Shown here one piece after another: positions 45,201-56,000 of a stretch of 64,000 nucleotides of DNA. Each line of letters starts with the position of its first letter. Position 1 is the stretch's first letter. Source of the DNA: Oculina patagonica (taxonomy: Eukaryota); contig NC_135762.1 in the NCBI RefSeq assembly GCF_052425735.1, forward strand, positions 5,332,001-5,396,000, in the 5' to 3' direction. A program made the position numbers and the translations under genes. The notes beneath the pieces were generated by a model. That model worked only from the letters and a program-made list of their open reading frames with translations. It was not told the DNA's origin and made no database searches.

Positions 45201-48200
45201 ACTATCAGCTGACAGTTCTACCCTCTTGAACAAAAGATCTGAGCTTGTTACCAAGTGCAGGCACGAAAACAAGTACTACGCGGCCAATCAGAGACAGGAT
45301 CGTTCCAACCGCCCTCCATGAACGTAGTTTAAATTGTATTTCACCGCATCTAACGGCACAGTCTGATGATCGCTTCGTGCGTGAAACTCTGAGTAACTGT
45401 CCGTGAAGTTTCTATCTTTAATTATTGTATTCCGCTCTGCATGTATTTGCATCGAGCACTTCTACGATTGTGTGAAACCTTTTACATTTTTCTTTGTTTA
45501 ATACAGAATATTTCCAAATTTTCACCAAGGATTATGGATTAGTCAGACCCTCCCCTAACTGGACCTCACATATGCTTCTTACCTTTGCCTGTCCATTCTG
45601 TTCCCCACAGTAAAGGTTTCTTTCTTCCAATGTTACATATCGTTTCGTTTTGCAACTACATATACATATCGTAAATGATCGATTAAGCCCCACTACTCAA
45701 ATAAGCACTGCTCTCAAGCACTGCACCTTTTCAAAAAATCATTTAATAAGTGCTGCTCTCAAATAGCCGCGGAGTTAGTTTGGGTAGTTACATACTAGTG
45801 ACTGTGAAACTGTGTTCATGTTACCTCTTGTATTTAAACAGCAATACTTTCACTATTAAAAAGGGTGTTCTATTACCTCTTGTATTTCATTTGAAACACA
45901 ATTTTATAGTAAATTGTGCATATCTAGTACAACCTCACTTAAAAAACTCATTAATAATTAATAAAGAAAATACAATTTAAGAAATTAATGTTTAATGAGT
46001 GTCTTTATATCTGATAAAGACACGGCTAAACTTTACGTCCAATTTTCAAGGCCAAAATAACCCCAAATCTAAATATTAGTGCAAGAATGAGATGATCGAC
46101 ATCAGAAGATGCCGTTCAATAAATTCGCAGTTCGTGTTTTATCAAGTCTAAAACACTCGGCTGCGCCTCGTGTTTTAAACTTGATAAAACACTGCTGCTC
46201 ATTTATTAAACATAACTTAATTACCGGTAGTTGAAATAAGCACCGCTCTGGAATAAGCGGCACTCTCGAATAAGCACCAAACTTTTAACAGGGAAAATTA
46301 ATAAAATAAGCACCGTGGCACTTAATCAATCATTTACTGCATGTGTAGGTCATGTACATAGCAGTTTTGCATATAATCATTTAACTGTTGTCTTAGATAA
46401 TGAATGGAAGACGCGGTTTGAGACCCAACAGGAAATGAACAGTCAACTTGAAAAACAGGTTGTGTTACTGAGGGACAAACTGGGACAGCTTAAGATTCCT
46501 TCTCGAGATGGTAAGCTTATTATCTTATGACAACACCTTTTGTTCAAATTCCTGAGGTGGTGGCCTAGAAGAGCTTAGACTGTACAACTCAATAAATACC
46601 TTATAATAGGAAATTAACGATGTTATTAACATGAATTTCAAAAATTCATGTTAATTTTATAACAAGTAAATTTTGTTTGCATTGTAAAAATGCTTTGTTA
46701 TATTCCTATAACAAGGTATTGTTTGCATGTTAGGTTTATTAATGATTAGTAGAAACTCAGTCGTGTTCTATTGGAAATCCGCGAATCTGATTGGTTCTCC
46801 CATTGATTTCTATTCACCGATAGAAAACAGTCGCGCACGCGTTGTTCTTTAAAGGGTGAATTTTTCTTGATTTTAGGCTTAAAAGTACATAAAATTGTAG
46901 GTTTTGAACTGCAATTCTTTAGAGTTTCTACTGCGCCTCGTTGACTATTCGCTCATAGAAAACTCGGGCTGGTAGTCTAATTGTTAAATAGAATAATTTT
47001 GTAGAGTGCTTAACACTGTTTATAATGATCTAGAGTAGTAAGATTTTAATTCATTGTTTTATTGCGACTGTGCTGTTTCGTGTGATCAAAGAATGACCAC
47101 ACTCATCAGGCATTATCAGGATTCGTTGATATTGCCTGATGAGTGTGGAAAATTTCAATATATATTTTTTCTAATAAATTTGGTACTTGACCATGTTTCC
47201 TTTTTTTATCCAGGAAAACCAAGTAATCACCTCAAGACATTTAATGGTTTGTCTGATGTAAGTTCTACAACTTAATTGACGTATTGCTTTCTGAACTTTT
47301 TACTTAACACAATATTAACGTGTTTAAAATATTGTACAACCATATTTCACACAAAATATTTATTTCTTTGTAACCATCAGGCAGAAATCAGAAAACTAAT
47401 GAGACAATTGGAAAGGGATAAAATAGAACTTCAGGGTCAGCTGCGAGACTTGGAATGGCGTTTAGACAATGAATCTAAGGTAAGTACATAATCTAGTACT
47501 GTTTCTTTCTACAAGTTCATAAATGTAACATTTGTGTTTGTGGTGCAGTCTCATTCACATTTATTGGGAGGCACTAATGGCTAGCTCAACTTTGGATCCA
47601 ACAGGTTCAAGCACTGGCTGGGGCCCGGGGGGGGGGGGGGCACTTCCTATAAATGGGCTTATGGGGATGTGCCGCTGGATGGGGTCGCATTTTCACGACT
47701 GGACTGACTATAATGGGGTCGCCATTTCAAGCATTTTTTATAGGGTGACTAGAATGGGGTCACACTTTTCAGGGATTTTGAGAGTACGAAAATCTGGCAA
47801 GTTGTGATTTCTGAACGGAAATATTCGCCGAAAAAATGTTACCGTATTTATTGCTGTTGTTCAATATTTGACAAACAGCTGCCAGAAAGTGACTAAGTTG
47901 GGGTCGTAAAAATTAAATGTACCCAAAAGTGACTAAGATGGGGTCTATAGTTGGCCATAGAATAAGACTATATTGGGGTAGGGGTTCTGAGAGGCCAGCG
48001 GCACATACCCAACAAAAATTTATCCAAGTACCCCCCGGGGGGCTGGGGTCTTGTGTTCTTGGGCAAGACACTTAAATCTGATTTACTGAACCTGCAATGA
48101 ACCAACATCCCATCCAGGGGGAATGACAGTCCATATTTCCTAGTTGCTTTAATGATTACAAAAACCAGGCTAAGGTTCAGTTGAATGGGCAACTTTAGCC

Positions 48201-50094
48201 TTTAGTGCATATTTTGTGGTTCAATTTTACCCTTGCTACAATTGGCTATTTTGCTTTGTGCTTTTAAACTTGTCTGTAACTCTGACTCCAGTTTCATTAT
48301 TCAACAGAATCATGCAGTCGCAAGCTTAACCAGTTGTTATAAATATTTTATGAATAATACTAAAATAAGAAAAAAATAATAGACAGTATTATTCATCTTG
48401 TTATTTAGGCATATCACAAGCTTAGTGAAGAACGGAAGAAATACATGACTGAGCTAGATGAGGTAAATATTGTGCTGAGCCTGTTTTCAACTACCTTATT
48501 ACATGAAATTTTCGCGACACGTTAATTTCGCGATTTTGAGGTGCACATATTTCGCGACACTTAAATTTTACGATTTTGCGAAAATTTTGTATTTTTCATC
48601 ACTTTAATTTCGCGTTTTTGAGTGAGACGCAATTTACATTTTCTTGGCAATATATTTTGATATGCCTTTGAATTATATAAAACGACTTCATCGAAGGAAC
48701 AATAAAGTCAAAATTAACAAAAACGCAGGGGGGACTTAATCTCGGCAATAGCAACAACAGAGCAGTTCTCACAATGTCTACAAGTGAGTCAATTGACGAC
48801 AACATCTATTTACATTGATTACTGATATATGCGAGTCACTGAAACTTTGCGTCATGTTATGTTCGCGACACTTATTGTTCGCGTCACTTTATTTTCGCAA
48901 ATTTTTTAGAATCGCGAAATTCGCGAAATTTAAGTGTTGCGAAAATTTCATGCAATAAGGTACTGTACATTCCATCTAATGTCTTTTTTTGCAAAGTTTT
49001 TTATTTATACAATAATCTCCTTAATTTATAAAAATGGATAGATGTGAAGTCTTATTTTGCAATCAATATTTTTCATGTATAATCAGGATTGGAAATAACA
49101 GCCTGTGATCGGTAATTACCGATCAAATTTACCAGCCAAAAATTTAACAAAATTTAATAAATTACAATAAATATATATTAAAATGGTGAAATCTTTCTTT
49201 GCACCTTCACAAAAAATCACTTAAAAGTAATAGTATCAATCTGTTTTTCCTTACTTCCAACCCTGTATAATGTTTGTATCTCAGACTGCTGCATTCATTG
49301 ATGAATCAAAAACAAAGACAAGAAGGGCACTTAACGAAGCTCAGCGAGAAAATGAGGCTCAGTTGGAGACAGCAAGATTAAGGTTGGTCTGTACTCTTAC
49401 TATGCTGTGATACTGCTTTGATTGTGCTTGATTTAAAACAATACAAGTGTATTCTGAGGCATGAAATGGGAGTACTGAAAAGTATTTGATAAGCAGTAAA
49501 AACTCATTTGACACATCCAATATGTTTCACCAAAACAATTTGGCATTTTGACCAATGTCACTGGTCGTCTTCATCTTGAATAAGAATAAAATTGTGGGTG
49601 GGGAGGGGGGTGTATCCCCATATGAAATGAACAGGAATCAAACATTTGAATCTATTTCCAACTAGGCGGCTGAAACTTTCTCGAACTCCACTTCCATGTT
49701 TACTGTACTTCAGGCGACATAAACACTTAATGATTATTTTCCATTGTGCTGTTCCAGAAAATGTCTAATGAAGGTCACTAGAAATTCTGAGGGGATGGGG
49801 GCTCTCAAAAGCAAATTTTTTAAAGAAAAGTATGGCGCATAACTGGAATTTCCAGAGAGGTGGGGGGATTCAAACCAAAGCTTTGGATATTTTCTGGAAC
49901 AACACATTTCCTAAGTCACTCATTTTGCATTTTCCAGGCACTCTAACCAGTTTGGCCTGCCAGACAATCAGAGGATCATTGATCCTAAGAAAGGCCCAGT
50001 GAAAAAGGTGGCAGCAGTACGTAAACTGCCAAAGCTGGACAGCTCAGGATCAGGGGGGAGTAAATCACCAGGCAACAGTCCAAGAAACAGCTAG
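42262..50094 (+). CDS. CCDC169: Coiled-coil domain-containing protein 169 homolog, 8 exons
   Basis: Exons 42262-42374, 42777-42859, 46397-46510, 47214-47257, 47381-47479, 48409-48462, 49285-49382, 49938-50094. Motifs NEWKTRFETQQEMNSQLEKQV, QLRDLEWRLDNESKAYHK, DPKKGPVKK...LPKL. Confidence 0.82.
44893..44944 (-). ncRNA. Type I hammerhead-like motif (PLE3, left arm)
   Basis: Reverse complement of 45353-45404. Confidence 0.7.
45353..45404 (+). ncRNA. Type I hammerhead-like motif (PLE3, right arm)
   Basis: ACGG(C)ACAGT-CTGATGA-T-CGC-TTCGT-GCG-T-GAA-ACTC-T-GAGT-A-ACTGTCCGT: GUA cleavage triplet, with a U-U pair at the base of stem II. Confidence 0.7.
47060..47115 (-). ncRNA. Free-standing canonical type I hammerhead ribozyme motif
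   Basis: Minus strand reads TAATGC-CTGATGA-GTGTGGTCA-TTCTT-TGATCACAC-GAAAC-AGCACA-GTC-GCAATA: full core, 9-bp stem II, GUC triplet. Confidence 0.8.
47624..48040. mobile_element. CCCGGGG-terminus MITE nested in a SINE
   Basis: CCCGGGGGGG..CACTT ... AAGTACCCCCCGGG splits a SINE (about 47570-48200). Related elements at 54211-54514 and 62762-63184. Confidence 0.65.
48494..48960. mobile_element. TA-TSD MITE with TTTCGCG repeats
   Basis: TIR CCTTATT(A/G)CATGAAATTTTCGC(G/A)ACAC with TA flanks. A related element lies at about 55965-56441. Confidence 0.8.
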
Positions 50095-50921
50095 CGTACA
50101 TGGATTAAATCTTTTGTAAACTTGTGTAAAATAATAATATCTTGAGTAATAATGTATAAAGTAAGATATTTATTATTTTAAATGATGCAATCAGGTGAAT
50201 GGAGCACAATCAACAGGCAAAAATATATGAAGCAGGATTAGTTATTAGTAGTCATTTAACTAAGAGCTGACCTGGCTTTTTTTTGCTGTGCTTTTGTGCT
50301 ATACATGAAAGGCACTACATTTTTTATTTATGACATCATACACATACATATAAGGTTTGCATTTTCCCTTGTCATCCATATATACAGTCAAATTGCACTT
50401 TTGCTACAAAAATGTGTAAATCATTTAAAATTTGAATAATGTTGTTTAAATTAAAAAAAAAAACATGAACATCTTCACAGAACTCCTTCATTTAGCTGGT
50501 TAAAATGTTCCTGAGATGCTAAACAAACCATAAATCTGTATAAATCTGTAATGTGGAAATGTAAAATTGTAGTTAGTTGGAAAAAAGTTCTCTGAAAGGA
50601 CACAGACACAACATACATGTATTGAGGTGGCTTTTATCTCAATATGTCGAAAATAGACCAAAAGCCATCAATGATGGTCCATGCACCCGGTGCTTTGTTG
50701 CAATATTGTAAATTAAAATTATGTTGTTTTCTGAACTTGTAAATACATTCTATTTGCCACTAGTAACATAGCAACATAACTTTGCATGCATTATAATGTG
50801 CATACTATAATAATATTATTATTGTGGTTGTATATTTGATGCAATTGTTAGAAAATGTTAGAAAATAAAATAAAAAATTGCTTTTCTTAGAATTAGTCAT
50901 GTTGTGTTTTTTTGGAGGTTA

Positions 50922-52091
50922 TCAGAAGAGTTCCTTGTAAAACCTTAACAACCCAATGAAGACAGATGCAGTTGACATCATTGCGAGATTGATGGTTATT
51001 CTAATCCCCAATACATTAAAACCAGACTTGCATCTCGTACAGTAGTTTAAAAAGGCATCAAGCTCTTGTGAGCTTGCTAGATTTGTGACTCCCCTGTTCA
51101 TCTTATCATACATTTGTTCAAAACTCCGAGTGACTAAGCTTGCACATAAAAATGGAAAAGCAAATTGAATTGCGACAAGCCAAGATGCCGTTACCTCAGA
51201 CATCCACACTTTACCAATATTCTGTACTTTCTGAGACGATTGAATAATGGTCATCACATCAAGAAAAGTTAACAGTATAATGAGTCCAAATAGCCCGGTA
51301 TGGATCGTAAACCAAAGTGTAAGCGATTTTGACATCTGTTCTGTGTACTTAAGGAGGCATTCATGAATTGTCTTTGCAGAAGCAAAATCTGTTGCATGGT
51401 TCATGAGTAATTTTTCAGTGAAGTCAATATGACGTGTAATGCTACGACATGCAATATAGAAAGCACCGCATGCGAGTATGGAGCTTAAATGAGCCCAGTT
51501 GAGAACAGCCAAAGCAATGTAGTATAAAACTCCCTGGGCTTCACTGATTTGAGAAACAAATGCATGCAAATCAGTGAAGCTGAAGAAAATGTTTGACTGT
51601 GTTGCATTGTAGAGCGCAATGCCTAGACCAGTGACGGCAAATGCAAGAAACACATTAACACCCAGCCAGTCAATTTTTTTGAGTTGCACATCCTCTTGTG
51701 TTCCCAGTGGAGCAAATTGAAACCCTGGGACGAGTTTGGTGGAGGAATGATGGAATCTGTTGCGTGGATTAAACAAATACATGATCATGACTGTGAAGGA
51801 AACCGTTGAGGATAGTACCAGTAGAATTAAAAGCATTATAGATCCAAGTTGTGGGTCGTGATGGTTGTCGTGACCCTGAGTCCATAATACTTGAGTTATG
51901 TGCATCTCCATGCCAAATGTCATCCATATCAGAACAGCAACAATGATGGATGGGATCATTGCAAAATTAGGGACTCTCAGCCAGTTTGATCCCCTTGGCC
52001 AGTTTGGAGGAATGGCGTAGAAAATATGTATCAGACCTGTCAGGATTCTTTTGGATGTGACAAAATCTTTGAGGGTTGCACATACACCCAT
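50922..52091 (-). CDS. Multi-pass membrane protein, gustatory-receptor-like (GRL / 7TM ion channel-like), 389 aa, single coding exon
   Basis: About 7 hydrophobic segments. The C-terminal pattern LDAFLNYCTRCKSGFNVLGIRITINL resembles the GR/GRL/DUF3537 TM7 region. Confidence 0.6.
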   Translation of the reverse strand: MGVCATLKDFVTSKRILTGLIHIFYAIPPNWPRGSNWLRVPNFAMIPSIIVAVLIWMTFGMEMHITQVLWTQGHDNHHDPQLGSIMLLILLVLSSTVSFTVMIMYLFNPRNRFHHSSTKLVPGFQFAPLGTQEDVQLKKIDWLGVNVFLAFAVTGLGIALYNATQSNIFFSFTDLHAFVSQISEAQGVLYYIALAVLNWAHLSSILACGAFYIACRSITRHIDFTEKLLMNHATDFASAKTIHECLLKYTEQMSKSLTLWFTIHTGLFGLIILLTFLDVMTIIQSSQKVQNIGKVWMSEVTASWLVAIQFAFPFLCASLVTRSFEQMYDKMNRGVTNLASSQELDAFLNYCTRCKSGFNVLGIRITINLAMMSTASVFIGLLRFYKELF

Positions 52092-53060
52092 TTCCTCTGT
52101 GAATAAATCAAATCAAAACAATGATGAGAAATTATGTAAAAAGAATTACCTTGACTTTTTGACCAGGTGGTGGTGAGGGGGACTGGAGGGGGAGGGGGTA
52201 AAGAGAAAATCGAATAAGATGCAGCCATGACTCCAACGATTCAGTCTCGATACGTTGACCAAAAAACAGTTTATCTTATTATAGGAAATTAACGATACAT
52301 GATATTAACGCGAATTTCAAAAATTTGCGTTAATTTTATTGATGTAAACACGTTTACTATAAGCATCTAACCAGAACTTTTCTTAAATTCGCGTTAATTT
52401 TATTACGCGTAAATTTTTTTCGCGTTGTTAAAATGCTTCGTTATATTCCTATAACAAGGTATTTACACGATCGCCAATGAATGCTCACCAGCCATTCTTC
52501 CGGTTCGTCACGCATTGGTTTCTTCACCATAACGATTGCGTGACGGATCGGCTACAACATGCAGGCTGGAACGCTACGCTACGCTACGAATTTCGCGTAG
52601 AAAACGGCGAGCTTCGTACTTAACTTTTTCCTTTTTATCTTGCCCCAAAATATTCTTGATTTTCCAGATTTATCTGCATGCGTTTGAAGCCGGGAACTCG
52701 AGATTTTTCGCGATATATCAACAACAATTACACGAAATATGAACCACATCATCCACAGTGGAGGATACAGCGAGAGTGACTCTGCTTTGCAGACAACTAT
52801 TTTAGAAGAAATGAAGCCTCTGTAGGGACATTGATAACTAGATAAAGGTCATTACCTGCTTGCCATTCCCTGCCCAGAGGTTCAAGGGATCCTAGCTCTT
52901 GCGTCGTCGTTGAATCGTCCATTTCTAAGGTGTTCGATCGAACTTGAAAAGCTTGACATTTGACACCAGTAACAATTCTTCCTTCCGGTCTGCGGGATTG
53001 CTACATGGAAGAGAGGCCGCCACCATCGACTGAAATCTATGAGATCCGGATCGGATCGAA

Positions 53061-56000
53061 ATGAGTCATTGCAAGGTATGTATATATGTTACCGTTACGT
53101 TTATACTTTTTCAGAGTTTCCACAAATGTTTTGTATCTTTCAAGGTATGGGAAATTCAAATGCAGTATTCGTGGCCAAGGGGTTTTTATTCGATCTTTGT
53201 TCATGGGTACAATGGTTTAAAAATTTTCAAACGAGTTTGATTTTAATTTACCTTTGTTTCAGATTATGATAATAAATTTGAGACAATGAAAACAAAAAAT
53301 CAAACTGGTTAGAAAAATTTTAAACCAAAGAAAAATCTAAACTATATAAACATGTACATCCAAATAGCTCTCTGGAATCCTTCATAACCAGGGAATAGAG
53401 GGACAGAGCAGCTTGCATGGAAATAGAGAGATCTTTGGGGTAAACTCATCCTTGGAGACCCTGGGGTAGTTAGTGGGGGCAACGGGCAGCTTATCGGGAC
53501 GACGAGATTTTCGGGCGAAAGTTTACAACAAGAGCGGAACGTTCCGCTCTTGTTGTAAACTTTCCCGATAAGCCGCCCGTCACCCCACTATTACTGCCCC
53601 TGGGTCTCTGATGATGGGGTAAACTAGGTCTGAGAGTTCTCACTTGGCGGGAGGGGGGAGTGAATGTTACCTATTCTTGCTCTAAGGGGGAGGTAAAATT
53701 CAGCAATAATTACGGGGTCCTCCACTAGATCTGCCACTGATCAATAACTTGACACTTTTTTCTGCAGGAATTTGTATTTTCCATAAAAACAACATGGAAT
53801 GGGGAACCAGTAAATCATGTCCCTGTGGAGTTTAAAGTTAGTGCCCAAAATGAGACTTCAGTGAGGGTTGATGTGAGTGGACCTCTATTTAATGATCCAG
53901 GACCTCCACCAGTGACCTCAGGAAGTCCCTGTCCTGAACTGTGGGAATATGAAGGTTAAGCTTTTTGGTGTTCATGGTGTATCTCAGTAATTAACGGGAT
54001 GGGTGTTCAAAAGCTGCACTGCTTTGGCTCCTGAGTTATTAGAGCTGTGTAAAAGTTAGCCTGTTCCTAGTTAAAGAAGCCCCAAACTCCTCACCTTTTT
54101 CAACTTGCCATTCTTCACGCTAATCCCTAACAAACCTTCAGGAGCCTGGAAAAATATGCTAGCCTGATTCTCTAACTGTCCAGGTCGCTCGCGGCCAAGA
54201 GAGTGTTTGGCCCCCAGGGGGGTACTTGCAGTATACGTGACGGGGAGGTCCGACGTATTTTTTTCGGTTGAAAATTTACACCCTTGGTATTTTTTTGGGT
54301 CAAGAGATCTGTCATATATTTTTTTAGGTCTTAAAGTCTGTTTTATTGAATAAATCAGTATAGAGGTGCTAGGTCTTGTACTTTTTGGGGTAGAAAATTT
54401 TGATGTCAGGTATTTTTTTGGGTGTAAAATTTCAGGCTCATGTATTTTTTTGGGTTCGCAATATGAAGCTTCGTCAGACCCTCCCGTCATGTATACTGCA
54501 AGTACCCCCCTGGGGTTTGGCCATGAGTGACCTAGACCATCTGAGAATCAGGCTAGGAAAATGTTATCTTAAAGTAAAATCAGAGGCTTACTTAATTAAG
54601 ATGTAAAATAAGGTGGGCACATTTACTTTGAATGTAGGACTGCCTAGAGAATAGCATACAACAATTTCTTTAAGTATTGTTAAAAAAAAAAACATGCTTG
54701 TGACTTTTGATTGTTGATTTTAGTGGCTGAGATTTTCTTCCTTGGAGAAGAAGAGAAATATCTGGAGATTGAATTATGCCCGTAAGTATTTTATGGTATC
54801 CAAACCAAATCAGATTTGCAGTGGCACTGCAACACAGCACCCAGTAATACAGAAAACTTATTTAGTCTTTGGCTGTCAGCAATAAAGTGGATCTCAAGTA
54901 CTTAACCCAAAATAACCATACTCATGTCCCCAGTTCTATATCACAGTTTTCTTCGTTGTTTCTGCCACTGGATGGGTTTGTGTTCCGTGATCCTGAATTC
55001 AACTCCTCCATGTTTGTTTCAGGAGTGGCAAATTGCAGCCCTTCAGGAGTGGGACAAAAGGGGTGGGAAACAGGAGAAGGGGGGGGGGAGAAGCATTTTG
55101 TATATTTCACAATAGATCTATATGGGACAACAAGGAGAGAATGACTACGGAAAGGGGCGGAAAGCCGGAATAAAAAAATGGGAGGTGGGAGGTTCAGACC
55201 CCCCCTGTCCCCCTCATATTTTAACACTAGTACTCTCCACTCCCTCTACCTCTTGAGAAACATTCTAAATAAACATATTTTAAATTATTCAGTCTCAAAA
55301 ACAGCTTTTAATTGTCACTTTTTTGTAGTCATGGCCAGCATCTTGTGCTTCTTCTAAATGGTACAAGAAATATGTTCAAGGTAAGGTGGTACTTGGATGA
55401 AATACATGTTTGTTTACTTCCTGGTTGCCAGGTAACTGAGTGCCAGTGCTTATTGCAAGTTTCTGTAGCATGAAACAACTACTAAGGGTTTTATCACTTC
55501 AGTCTCCAGATCACAGGTTCCTCCCACCCCTTCCCAGCATTGACCTAACAATTTGGTGGTACTCATTTAAAGGTGTCTTTTCAAAGAACATGTTAACATA
55601 ACATTTTCGGCATTGTACAGTGATTTACTGACTTCTGCCGTCTCAATTTTTTTTGTTTACCGTCGAATGTGTTTCCTAATTTGGGGTAGATCGGTCAGAT
55701 TAAAAAAACATATCCTGAAAAAGGTCAATTTGGGGCAATCTAGTGGAATAGGAGGCCCGGTTCGCAAGTATTATTGCTGTGGAGGTCAGAAACAGTGAAA
55801 CATCAGGTTGCAAAATTGGCAATGATTGAAAAGATTGATGTTGTAGTTAAAATCAGCTTAGAGAAGTGAAGAAAAAGATGAACCACTAATGCTTCTTTGT
55901 GATCTGCCAGCATCCATTCATGAGTTTTTTTTGTTTTGGAAAGCACCCAGGCAAATACATGTGTACCAATATTGTTACTTATTTTCGCGGGAACTTAATT

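Larger units (their letters stand above)
44871..45499. mobile_element. Penelope-like element 3 (Naiad-like endonuclease C-terminus) with inverted pLTR
   Basis: NHKFSF...TVLSKYIWDLK...IKWSI...CNLCLTEKLCIL...LLNKRSELVTKCRH. Arms at 44871-44995 and 45302-45427. Tail of about 72 nt. 15-bp TSD AATACAGAATATTTC at 44856-44870 and 45500-45514. Confidence 0.88.

Noticed and set aside
45318-45360. SECIS element / selenoprotein-type Naiad
   Set aside because: ATGA...AAA is present but the 3' GA quartet and a good stem are missing, and the visible Cys codons are TGT/TGC rather than TGA.
53605-53625. Other CTGATGA matches as hammerheads (also near 4287, 19580, 27598)
   Set aside because: No stem II followed by GAAA and no closing stem I.
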